A stretch of 64,000 nucleotides of DNA. Source: Candidatus Megaera endosymbiont of Nemacystus decipiens (GTDB taxonomy: Bacteria > Pseudomonadota > Alphaproteobacteria > Rickettsiales > Rickettsiaceae). The stretch lies in contig DAOTRE010000004.1 in NCBI GenBank assembly GCA_030036605.1, positions 146,123-210,122 on the forward strand. The letters run 5' to 3'. This document shows positions 1-9,600 of this stretch, one piece after another (positions within the stretch are counted from its first letter, which is position 1; every line of letters begins with the position of its first letter). The position numbers and the translations under genes were made by a program. Under the pieces are notes generated by a model, which worked only from the letters and a program-made list of their open reading frames with translations, made no database searches and was not told where the DNA came from.

Positions 1-540
1 GAAGTTGGTTTGTTTTTGACTCCATCTTATATGTATTATATCTTGTTAGTTGTATTGATAGGATTCTCTGCTGTGAGGTTGCTTGAATATTATAATAAGC
101 GTGCTAGCGAAGATCATGTGATTATGAAATTTTGGGATGATGTATTAATTATAGGAGATTCACTTGGCCAAGCTGCTTTTATTGTAACAGGCGTGGCTAT
201 CGCGATTATGGGCAGAATAGAACCGATAGAGTTATGGGGAGCATTCTTTGCATTTTTAACTGCGAATGGTGGTGGTATATTGAGAGATTTATTAAGAAAG
301 AAACACAATATTTTATGTCTGCAGGGCGCCATTAATGCAGAAATTTCAATATTATGGGGAATTATATTTAGCGTATATCTTGATATGAATGCATATAGCC
401 CAAATCCTGAAGGAATTAGTAATGTTGTTGTGCTTGTGGTAACTGGAGCTTTTCTCTCACGTATTATTTGTCACTACTACAAAATTCCTAATATAAGGTT
501 CAGAACTCAGAAACAAAATAACAATACGGCATCGTTCTGA
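1..540 (+). CDS. TRIC cation channel / UPF0126 (YadS-like) membrane domain protein, 5'-truncated by the window edge
   Basis: Frame 1 is open from base 1 (EVGLFLTPSY...). It contains DSLGQAAFIVTG and TANGGGILRDLL, matching the UPF0126 D-x-x-G-x-x-x-F and GGG-x-x-RD-x-L motifs, plus several hydrophobic segments. Confidence 0.7.
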   Translation, partial: EVGLFLTPSYMYYILLVVLIGFSAVRLLEYYNKRASEDHVIMKFWDDVLIIGDSLGQAAFIVTGVAIAIMGRIEPIELWGAFFAFLTANGGGILRDLLRKKHNILCLQGAINAEISILWGIIFSVYLDMNAYSPNPEGISNVVVLVVTGAFLSRIICHYYKIPNIRFRTQKQNNNTASF

Positions 541-582
541 ACTAGGCAGTGTTATTGTAGATTATTTTCGTTTAAAAATAGT

Positions 583-1077
583 CTAAAAATTCTTTTTCTT
601 GATCGGCTCAAAGCTGATTTCTAGGATTTCAAATGACCTTATACCTTTTGGTGTAACAACCTCTGCTATGTCTCCTTTTGCTTTTCCAACAAGAGCTTTT
701 GCTATTGGCGATTTTGTAGAGATTTTGTTGTTATTTAGATCGGCTTCGTATTCTCCAGTGATTTGGTATATGCTCTCTTCTTCAGTTTCGTCATCAATAA
801 TTTTTACATAGGCTCCAAACTTTACGCTATCGTTACTTAACTTAGAAGGGTCTATTATATCAGCTCTTGATAATTTATCTTCTAAATCCAAAATCTTTCC
901 TTCAATAAAGCTTTGTTTGTCACGAGCAGCGTGATATTCAGCATTTTCTGACAAGTCGCCAAATTCTCTTGCTGTAGCAATGGCTTTAATAATATTTGGG
1001 CGTTGATTATATTTCAGATCTTTGATTTCTTGTTCCATTTTTTTATATCCTAATGCAGTAATCGGAAATTTAATCAT
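583..1077 (-). CDS. greA: Transcription elongation factor GreA
   Basis: AREFGDLSENAEYHAARDKQSFIEGKI and ISTKSPIAKALVGK signatures. Start placed at ATG 1077 (MIKFPIT) rather than 1122, which would overlap the divergent gene. Confidence 0.97.
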   Translation of the reverse strand: MIKFPITALGYKKMEQEIKDLKYNQRPNIIKAIATAREFGDLSENAEYHAARDKQSFIEGKILDLEDKLSRADIIDPSKLSNDSVKFGAYVKIIDDETEEESIYQITGEYEADLNNNKISTKSPIAKALVGKAKGDIAEVVTPKGIRSFEILEISFEPIKKKNF

Positions 1078-1158
1078 GATTATTTCTTGTTTAAGTTGTG
1101 GCTTAAGAGTATATTTAGACATATATATTTTGTCAAACTCAAGTTATCAACTTATTTT

Positions 1159-1788
1159 ATGTTAAAATTTAACTCGGCATTAGATTTTGAAATAAAAAGA
1201 AAAATGTTTCATTTGTGTGCTATATTTTTCCCAATAATCTACCTTTTCTTAGATAAATTTATGATGTGCATAATTTTGGCAATATGCACAGCTTTGGTAC
1301 TGTATGCAGACACATACAGACATAAAAACAATAAAATACAACAGCTGATAGATATTTTGTTTGAGTTTTTATTGAGGGCAGATGAAAAGGGTGCTGGTTC
1401 TTCTAAAACTGGTGCTAGTTATATGTTTATGGGGTTGTTGCTAACAGCAATCTTATTTCCAAAGGGTTTGGCGATTAATGCCTGGTTAATATTAATTGTT
1501 TCTGATAGTTTGGCAGCAATTGTAGGAATGAGATTTGCTGGTTATAAAATATACAATAATAAGACGCTTGAAGGTTCAATAGTCTTTTTTATTTCTTCTG
1601 TGTTGATAAGTGTGTTTTCTTATTTTTGGGTAGCACACTATACTGCATTTGCAGTCATTATTGTAAGCTGTTTTATTACAACTATGGTTGAGTTATTCTC
1701 AGGATCAAAATATCTTAAGATAAATGATAATTTTACTATACCGCTGTCATATGGTTTAAGTAGCATCTTGTTGAATCTTTTTAGATAA
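1159..1788 (+). CDS. Polyprenol/dolichol/phytol kinase-like membrane protein (SEC59/DGK1/VTE5, CTP-dependent kinase family)
   Basis: EIKRKMFHL N-terminal motif, SDSLAAIVG...NKTLEGS motif, and VELFS...DNFTIP C-terminal motif; multi-TM. Likely start ATG 1159. Confidence 0.8.
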   Translation: MLKFNSALDFEIKRKMFHLCAIFFPIIYLFLDKFMMCIILAICTALVLYADTYRHKNNKIQQLIDILFEFLLRADEKGAGSSKTGASYMFMGLLLTAILFPKGLAINAWLILIVSDSLAAIVGMRFAGYKIYNNKTLEGSIVFFISSVLISVFSYFWVAHYTAFAVIIVSCFITTMVELFSGSKYLKINDNFTIPLSYGLSSILLNLFR

Positions 1789-1793
1789 AATAT

Positions 1794-3560
1794 ATGCAAC
1801 TGCCCTTAGATTTTTATGATAAATTAAGAGCTTCAATTAGAGTCTCAGAGATAGTAGGAAAGAAAGTTGTTCTTACGCGTAAAGGCTTGGAATATACAGG
1901 TCTTTGTCCATTTCATGATGAAAAAACACCATCTTTTACTGTTAATGATGCAAAGAGGTTTTATCATTGCTTTGGATGTGGTGCTCATGGTGATTTGATT
2001 CGTTTTGTATCTGAAACAGCTGGTATTAGTTATAAAAATGCTGCGATACAAATAGCGCAGAATAATGGTATAGAAATTCCTAAACTAACAGCTTCTCAAT
2101 CTGCTGTTTATCAAAAGTCTGAGAGGTTGCACCAGCTATTAAAGTTTGCACAAGATTTTTTCGTAGATCAGATTACTCCTGAGATAATAAATTATCTAAC
2201 AAATCGAGGAATCAATAAAGGTACTATAAAAGAATTTAATATAGGTTATTCTCCTGGAGGCAACTTACTAGAGCAGTTTTTATATAGTAAAAATTTTTCT
2301 ATGCCAGAGATGGTTGATAGTGGTCTTTTTAGGCGGAGAGAATCAACTAATAAGCTCTATTCTGTTTTTAACAGACGCATTATGTTTCCTATTAGTGATA
2401 GCTTTAACAAAATTGTTGCTTTTGGCGGAAGGGCCTTAGGTGATCAGATGCCCAAATATATTAACTCGCCTGAAACCAAGCTTTTTAAAAAGTCTGAAAT
2501 AATGTTTGGTAATAATATAGCTAATAGTTATTTTTATAAGGATAATTATGCAATATTGGTAGAGGGCTATATTGATGTGATTGTTTTACATCAAGCTGGG
2601 TTTAAGCATGCTGTGGCAAGCCTGGGGACTGCTGTAACGCAAAACCATATTATAAAATTATGGAATTCATGTGATGAAATCATAATATGTTTAGACGGAG
2701 ATAGCGCTGGTGAGAGAGCTGTAAAAAAGATTATCGATATAGCGCTTCCCAAAATCACCGCTACTAAGTCCATGTCTTTTGTACAATTGCCAGAAGGGCG
2801 CGATCCTGATGATTTAATAAAACATGAGGGACCTAAGGCTTTTAGAAAATGTTTGGACAAACGATCAACGCTTTCTGAGAAAATATGGCAAAATGAGTAT
2901 AGTGGCAGAAGCTTTGCTAGAGCAGAGGAAAGAGCTGCTTTAGAGTCTTTACTGGAATCTCGTTGTATGCTAATTGCTGATCGCAAAGTAAGGAATAGTT
3001 TTAAAAGATACTTTAATGATATGATATGGCAAAACATTATTTTCAAGAAAAAAGATGCATTAAAACCTAATGTAGGGATTAGTGCGGAAGTTAAGTCATG
3101 CAAAAGCTACTCAGAGATAGAATTTTTAGAGCGTGCTATATGTACATTTTTTGTTTATTTTCCTCTTTTAGCAAAGAATTCTAACATTACTTTGTTGTTT
3201 AAGGATAGTCATTTGGAGAATATGAAATCCTGGATAGTAGATTATTTAGAAAATAATGGCAATATAGATTTTTTAAAGAAAGATTTAAAAAATAGTAGAT
3301 TTTCTGACTTGTTTGAGTTATTGTCTAGCCAGAAAAAAATATTCTTGCGTGATATTTTTGAAAGTAAAAAAAACATAGATCATGCTCTGTTGTTTGAGTG
3401 GCTGTGCAAAAAGCATTATCTTTTATCTTTAAAAGAGGAGTATGCAAGTGCGCTGAGAGACAGTGATTCCATTGAGGAATCAAAGCTACAGTCATATCTA
3501 AAAGAAATTCAGAAAACTACTCAAGATTTAATCAGATTAAATGAAATTGTAGCTGACTAA
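1794..3560 (+). CDS. dnaG: DNA primase
   Basis: CHC2 zinc finger CPFHDEKTPSF...YHCFGCG; KYINSPET; TOPRIM motifs VEGYIDV and DGDSAG. Confidence 0.98.
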   Translation: MQLPLDFYDKLRASIRVSEIVGKKVVLTRKGLEYTGLCPFHDEKTPSFTVNDAKRFYHCFGCGAHGDLIRFVSETAGISYKNAAIQIAQNNGIEIPKLTASQSAVYQKSERLHQLLKFAQDFFVDQITPEIINYLTNRGINKGTIKEFNIGYSPGGNLLEQFLYSKNFSMPEMVDSGLFRRRESTNKLYSVFNRRIMFPISDSFNKIVAFGGRALGDQMPKYINSPETKLFKKSEIMFGNNIANSYFYKDNYAILVEGYIDVIVLHQAGFKHAVASLGTAVTQNHIIKLWNSCDEIIICLDGDSAGERAVKKIIDIALPKITATKSMSFVQLPEGRDPDDLIKHEGPKAFRKCLDKRSTLSEKIWQNEYSGRSFARAEERAALESLLESRCMLIADRKVRNSFKRYFNDMIWQNIIFKKKDALKPNVGISAEVKSCKSYSEIEFLERAICTFFVYFPLLAKNSNITLLFKDSHLENMKSWIVDYLENNGNIDFLKKDLKNSRFSDLFELLSSQKKIFLRDIFESKKNIDHALLFEWLCKKHYLLSLKEEYASALRDSDSIEESKLQSYLKEIQKTTQDLIRLNEIVAD

Positions 3561-3612
3561 CTGCAGTTTATATTTGTATTTGTGTCTGTAACATAAAAAA
3601 CATTAAAATGAT

Positions 3613-5511
3613 ATGAAGAAAGATAATACTCTTACAAAGGAAGATTCAAAGAATATAGATGATTTAGTATGCAAAAGTAAAAAAAAGGGTTTTGTTACTT
3701 ACTCAGAACTAAACAAATCTATTGGCGCTAATAAAAAACTATCGGCTGATGACCTTGAGAGTGTGATTTCTAAATTCTCTGATGCTGGTATAAATATTGC
3801 TGAGGCAGATCTCGATGTAATAGATGGTGACGAAGAAGATATTAAATTAGATATCAACGTTAATGAAGAGCTTACTGTATTTAGCAGTAAGCAAAATAAT
3901 GATAGCGATAGCGATTCAGAGGACTTCGGTTCTACAGACGACCCTGTACGTTTATATTTAAGAGACATGGGTGGTGTTGAACTTTTATCCAGAGAAGATG
4001 AGATAGAAATTGCAAAGAGGATAGACGAAGGGAAGGTTCTAATGATCAATTCTCTTTGTGAGATGCCTATTGCAATGAAGCACTTTATTAAATGGTTTGA
4101 GGATCTTGCAAACGAGAAAATTTTGTTAAGAGATTTGGTGGATTTAGATGCAAATATGGGCGGCTCCGATGATTTACCTTCGGAAGAAGTTGAAAGTGAT
4201 GTTGAAGAGTCAGAGGAGGATGATACAGATCAAGAAGAAAATACAGTGAATTTATCTGTTTCTGCTATGGAGTCTGAGCTGTTACCAACAATTACTGATA
4301 AAATGGAGGTCATATCTAGCCTTTGTGAAGAAATGTTAAAAGAAATACGGGAGTTTTATAAATCTCCTTCTAAGGTAGAGTCTATCAAAAATGATAAGCG
4401 TTATTCTGTATTACTCAACACTTTAAGAGAGGAGATATCTGGTTTACATCTTAGCACTAAGTGTATAGAAGAAATACTGGCTGAAATTTATAAAACAAAT
4501 GATACTTTAGTTGCTAAAGAAATGGAATTGATGAATTTGGCTGAAAAATATAAAGTAAAAAGACCCGTGTTTTTAAAAGAATATGTAAATTCTGATTGTG
4601 GTTCTTTATGGGTTGAAGCGCTAAGAAACAAAAAGGAACAATCATGGAAAAAATTCTTTGAATCAGAACAAGAGAGTATCAATCGTGCGCTAGAGGTTTT
4701 TGGGCAAATTCATAAAGATTCTATGCTTTCTGTTAAAGAGTTTAAAAGGGTAGTTGATTTAGTAAGAAAAGGTGAGATTCAAGCTTCTAGAGCAAAAAAA
4801 GAGATGATAGAAGCAAACCTAAGATTAGTAATTTCGATTGCTAAGAAATATGCTAATAGAGGCTTGCAATTTTTAGATTTGATTCAGGAGGGAAATATTG
4901 GATTAATGAAAGCTGTAGAAAAGTTTGAATATAGCAGAGGCTTTAAATTTTCTACATATGCTACTTGGTGGATTAGGCAGGCTATTACAAGGTCCATTGC
5001 TGATCAGGCGAGGACTATTAGAATTCCTGTTCATATGATAGAGACAATAAATAAAATAATTCGTACTTCAAGGCAGATGTTCACAGAACTCGGGTACGAG
5101 CCTACTCCTGCTGAGATTGCAACAAGACTTGCTATGCCTGTTGAACGTGTGAAAAAAGTAATGAAAATTGCTAAAGAGCCGGTTAGCTTAGAAAATCCGA
5201 TAGGAGATGAAGACGGCAGTTATTTAGGGGATTTTATTGAGGATAAAAATGCTGTCTTGCCAAATGAAGCGGCTTTTCAGTCCAGTTTATGCGGTTCAAC
5301 AACGAAGATACTTGCTACATTAACTCCAAGGGAGGAAAGAGTTTTGCGCATGCGTTTTGGTATAGGTCTTAATACGGATTATACTTTGGAGGATGTAGGT
5401 AAACAGTTTAAGGTTACGCGTGAGAGAGTAAGGCAAGTGGAAGCCAAAGGCCTTAGGAAGCTGGGTCGTCCAGTTCGTTATAAAAACTTGCAACATTACC
5501 GTACTAGTTAA
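3613..5511 (+). CDS. rpoD: RNA polymerase primary sigma factor
   Basis: [12 protein letters not shown] (region 1.2), [40 protein letters not shown] (region 2), RTIRIPVHM, region 4 HTH; directly follows dnaG. Confidence 0.98.
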   Translation: MKKDNTLTKEDSKNIDDLVCKSKKKGFVTYSELNKSIGANKKLSADDLESVISKFSDAGINIAEADLDVIDGDEEDIKLDINVNEELTVFSSKQNNDSDSDSEDFGSTDDPVRLYLRDMGGVELLSREDEIEIAKRIDEGKVLMINSLCEMPIAMKHFIKWFEDLANEKILLRDLVDLDANMGGSDDLPSEEVESDVEESEEDDTDQEENTVNLSVSAMESELLPTITDKMEVISSLCEEMLKEIREFYKSPSKVESIKNDKRYSVLLNTLREEISGLHLSTKCIEEILAEIYKTNDTLVAKEMELMNLAEKYKVKRPVFLKEYVNSDCGSLWVEALRNKKEQSWKKFFESEQESINRALEVFGQIHKDSMLSVKEFKRVVDLVRKGEIQASRAKKEMIEANLRLVISIAKKYANRGLQFLDLIQEGNIGLMKAVEKFEYSRGFKFSTYATWWIRQAITRSIADQARTIRIPVHMIETINKIIRTSRQMFTELGYEPTPAEIATRLAMPVERVKKVMKIAKEPVSLENPIGDEDGSYLGDFIEDKNAVLPNEAAFQSSLCGSTTKILATLTPREERVLRMRFGIGLNTDYTLEDVGKQFKVTRERVRQVEAKGLRKLGRPVRYKNLQHYRTS

Positions 5512-5568
5512 TTAAGGACCTATGTCACTGATGCTGTTTTGGGAGTTGTACTGTGATCGGTATGGTTT

Positions 5569-6306
5569 GTGAGAAGATATAAAGCGACACTGGAGTATAT
5601 TGGCCGGGGATATTGCGGTTGGCAAAAGCAAAAAGACCAAGTCTCTCTGCAGAAGGTGATAGAAGAAGCTATAGCTGCTTTCAGTGGTGAGCTAGTGGAT
5701 GTCATTGCATCCGGCCGTACCGATGCAGGAGTTAATGCTTATGGTCAAGTTGTACATTTTGATTTGCAAAAATTTTTTGAACCTAGGCGCCTAATGCATT
5801 CAATAAATCATTTTTGCCGTGGGCACACTATAGGTGTTATTTCATGTGAGTTAGTAGATGATAATTTCCATGCAAGATTTTCTGCAAAAAAAAGATTTTA
5901 TATATATAAAATTCTTAATAGACAAGCGCCTAATATCATAGATAAAGGTTTTGTTTCCTGGGTTAAATATGATTTGGACACTGATCTAATGCAAGAAGCT
6001 GCCAATTATTTAGTTGGCAATCACGATTTTTCTTCTTTTAGGGCAAAAGAGTGTCAATCTAGCTCTCCAGTTAAAACATTAGATAGAATTGATATAGTGC
6101 GGAAGGGCGATTATATTGAAATACATTTTGAGGCTCTGTCTTTTTTACACCACATGGTGCGTAATATTGTTGGTAGCTTGATTTTGGTGGGGTGTAAGAA
6201 GTGGCCTGCATCATACATTAAGGAAGTTTTGGAGAATAGAGACAGATCTTTAGCGGGACCAACTGCAGAAGCGTGTGGCTTATATTTTTCAAGAGTTAAG
6301 TACTAG
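5569..6306 (+). CDS. truA: tRNA pseudouridine(38-40) synthase
   Basis: GTG start; ASGRTDAGVNAYGQ catalytic Asp motif, FHARFSA, HDFSSFR, FLHHMVRNIVG. Confidence 0.97.
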   Translation: MRRYKATLEYIGRGYCGWQKQKDQVSLQKVIEEAIAAFSGELVDVIASGRTDAGVNAYGQVVHFDLQKFFEPRRLMHSINHFCRGHTIGVISCELVDDNFHARFSAKKRFYIYKILNRQAPNIIDKGFVSWVKYDLDTDLMQEAANYLVGNHDFSSFRAKECQSSSPVKTLDRIDIVRKGDYIEIHFEALSFLHHMVRNIVGSLILVGCKKWPASYIKEVLENRDRSLAGPTAEACGLYFSRVKY

Positions 6307-6642
6307 TTAGTTATCATTTTAACAAAAAACTTAACGGTTTGTAACTTAAATAACAGTATTAATTTTCCAAAGTTACACCAGTACCACTTGAGCATTGTCT
6401 TTTATTTTCAAGCTTTACAGCGATTGTGTCATAAATGCACCTAAATTCGTTGAACTTATATTTTGGTAAAAATAATTGTTTGCAATATCACTTGAAGTTG
6501 TTATGTTTTATAGGTAATTGTTTTTTGTTAATCTAGTGGTTGCTATTTAAATTTAACAAAAATCAGGACATTGTTTGGTATTAGTTAGTCTAGTACTCAA
6601 TTTATTGTTTATTAACCGCAAAATTTTAGGTGATTTGATACT

Positions 6643-9600
6643 ATGAAGAAAGAAAAAAGAAATAGAATTCTAGCTACTGCTTCAGCTTTAGCAGTAATTA
6701 CTAGCGCTGCTAGTGCTCAAGGTGCTTTGTTTAGTAGCACAGGGGGTAGTGTGACTTTAGAAAATGGAGTTAATACTCTTAACAGTACTGGTGTTGCTAC
6801 ACCTTGGACTCCGGGTGATTCTTTTAGATCAGATACCAATGACTCCATAAGTTTTGGTAATGCTGCTGGTGATGGTGTAACAGTGGGGACTTATGATTCA
6901 AATAATCAAGGCGTTATTAGCCTGGTTATGTCTAAAGATTCGTCGATCGGTTCAATTATTAATTCTACTGGTTCAGACGGAAGCACTATGACAGTGAATA
7001 ATGATATTGAATTCACCGCTAGCGGTGCTAATGGTCTTAATGGAGCTGGCAATACCCAAGTGGGAGGAGATTTTTCTGGTCTTTCTGGGGTTACTCTAGG
7101 TTCTGGCGGTGGTGGAGCTGAGTTAAGTATTGGGGCTGATTCTGTCTTTACTGGTACTGTTGATTCAGATGCAAATGAAGATGGTGTAATACAGGTATCT
7201 GGAGGTGCTGAAGCAACTTTTGGTTCAGATGTAGGTGCTCTGCAGTCTATTGGCAGCTTTGTTGTTGCTGACGGATCTACTGCTAATTTTCAGGGCAATG
7301 CAACATCATCAGAATTTGAATTAGATGGTACTAACTCAAGAATCAATGTTTCTAACGGTAAGTCAATTAATGGAACTATAGATGGCGAAAATAATTTTAA
7401 TGGTAGATTAAACTTTCTGCAAGATGGAAGTGCAACTGGTGCAATTGGTAGTTCCGAGGCGCTAAAAGAAGTAATTGTTGGAACTGGTGCAGCAAGTTTT
7501 GATTCTACAGTTGCTACTGAAACACTGTCAATTGGTTCAGGTTCAGCAAATTTAAGTGACAATTTAACAGGTAATACTAATTTCACTGCAGATGGAACTT
7601 TGAATGTTGCAAATGGTGTGGCAGTTGATGGAGCTATTACTACTAATACAAATAACACTGGTAATGTAGTTTTTGCTGCTGATGGCTCTGTAAGCAAAGC
7701 TTTAGGTACATCAACTAATGCATTAAAGAAAGTTGAACTAACAGGAACTGGCACTGTTCAATTAAACAATGCTTCAGCTACATCACATTATGCTTCAAAT
7801 TTCTTATTTAAAGATAATGATGCGGTATTAGAACTAGCTGCAGATCATTCTATAAATGGCACTCTTTCAGCAGATGCTGATGGTAACGGTCAAGTTACAT
7901 TTTTGGCAGGAGGATCTGTCAACGGAACAATTGGAACTACTACTAATAAAATAGGTTCTGTTGAGTCTCAAACAGCAGCTGTGAATATTGCTTCAGGTGA
8001 TCACCATGTTGCGAATGGTTTCAAGGTTGCTAACGCTGCTGAAGCAGGTTTTACATTTGCAGATGGAGCTAACATAAACGGTAATGTTGTTACAGCTGGT
8101 GCTAATGGTAAGCTTGTTTTTGCTGGTAACAGTACTTTAACAGGAGAGGCAGGATCCATTGGTAACGAACTAGCTAGTGTCAGTATTGATGGTGGCAATG
8201 ATAAGAAAGTTACTTTCAATGGTGTTGTCAATTCAACTAACACAACTATTACAAATGGCGCCACAGTAGAATTAGGAGCTAACGGCGGAGTACAAGGCGG
8301 CCCACTAACAATTGGAGCTAATGGCGGGTCCTTATTAATTACTGGAGATACTAATCATGATGTTAGTAACGTGAGTATAGTTGATCATGGTGATAATAAG
8401 GCTAATATCGAAGTTAGTGGTGCAATTGGAACTTCTGGAGCATTTAATGTAGCTCTTGGTCAAGTTGGTGATAACACAGTTCCAGAGCAATTTTTGGATT
8501 TGTTAAAAGTTAATGCTAATAATACCAATACAACAACTGTTCAGCTAGAAGATGGTTCACATGTTAAGAATATAGAGCTTCATAATAGTAATTCAGTTGT
8601 CGAGTTTAGTGCAGGAGCTCCAGGAACTTATAGAATAGGTGGTATTGCTCCTCAAAGTGATAAATTTGGAGAAATGAAGATTTCAGATGATTCAACATTT
8701 GAAGCTGCAAGTGATGGAAGCACTGTTAACTTTGGCAGCAAAGATCAAAAGCTGAAAAATTTAAATTTTGCTGGTGATTTTTCTTTATCATTAGGTGACA
8801 AACATAATATTTATACTGATGCGGTTACGAATAACGCTTCTGAAGGTGTAATAGATTTCTCAGGAACTCATGAATTCTATGGCAAAAATACTAATCCTTT
8901 AAGCGAGATAGTGCTTCAAAATGACAGTAATGTAACATTGATGACAGAAGTAAATGCAGATGACGTAACACTTAATAATGGGTCTGTCATTAATACTGCA
9001 AACAGAATATTTGCTGCTAATGGGATTAATGGAGCTGGTGTTGGTGAAGGAAAACTCCGTTTAACAAACACTGATCCTTTGGAAATAGCTAGCGATATTG
9101 GCTCTACTAACTTAGTGAATCAGATAGAGTTTGCTGGTGGTGATGTCAGCGTCGCTGCTGGCAAAACAGTCCTGGCTCAGGAGTTTGCTTTCAGCGGTGA
9201 TGCTGCATCTAGATTTACTTTAGATGATCAAACTGCTAGCTACACAGCAAAGTTCATTAACAATAGTCCAGAAGGTATTACTAATACAATAGTTTTGAAT
9301 CCTGCTATAGCAACAACTGAATTTGCGGCTGGGAGCACTATTGCTACCGAAGATTCTGGCGCTAAGAAACTTAATGTACAGATGGGTGATGGAGTAAATG
9401 CTAAAATATCTACAACTAGTATTGAAGGCGCAATCTTTACTACTAGCGTAGTTGGCAAAGGTGACCTAGAGCTTAATGCAGATGGTGTAATTCTAAACTC
9501 GATTGGCTCTTCTGAGCAAAGAATTGGCGCTTTGACGGTGACAGATAATGCTACTATTACAGATGGTATCTATACTACAGATATGAGTATAGCAGCTGGC

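Noticed and set aside
6319-6616. Several TTAAC/GTTAA half-sites and a 12-bp inverted repeat (TTAACAAAAAAC 6319-6330 / GTTTTTTGTTAA 6520-6531) upstream of the autotransporter
   Set aside because: The best direct pair has an 8-nt spacer rather than the 7 of a CtrA box, the sequence is low-complexity A/T, and the IR does not extend inward convincingly.
7953-7964. AGGTTCTGTTGA, matching the palindrome terminus, inside the autotransporter CDS
   Set aside because: A single 12-nt match encoding IGSVE with no partner inverted end nearby; compatible with chance.
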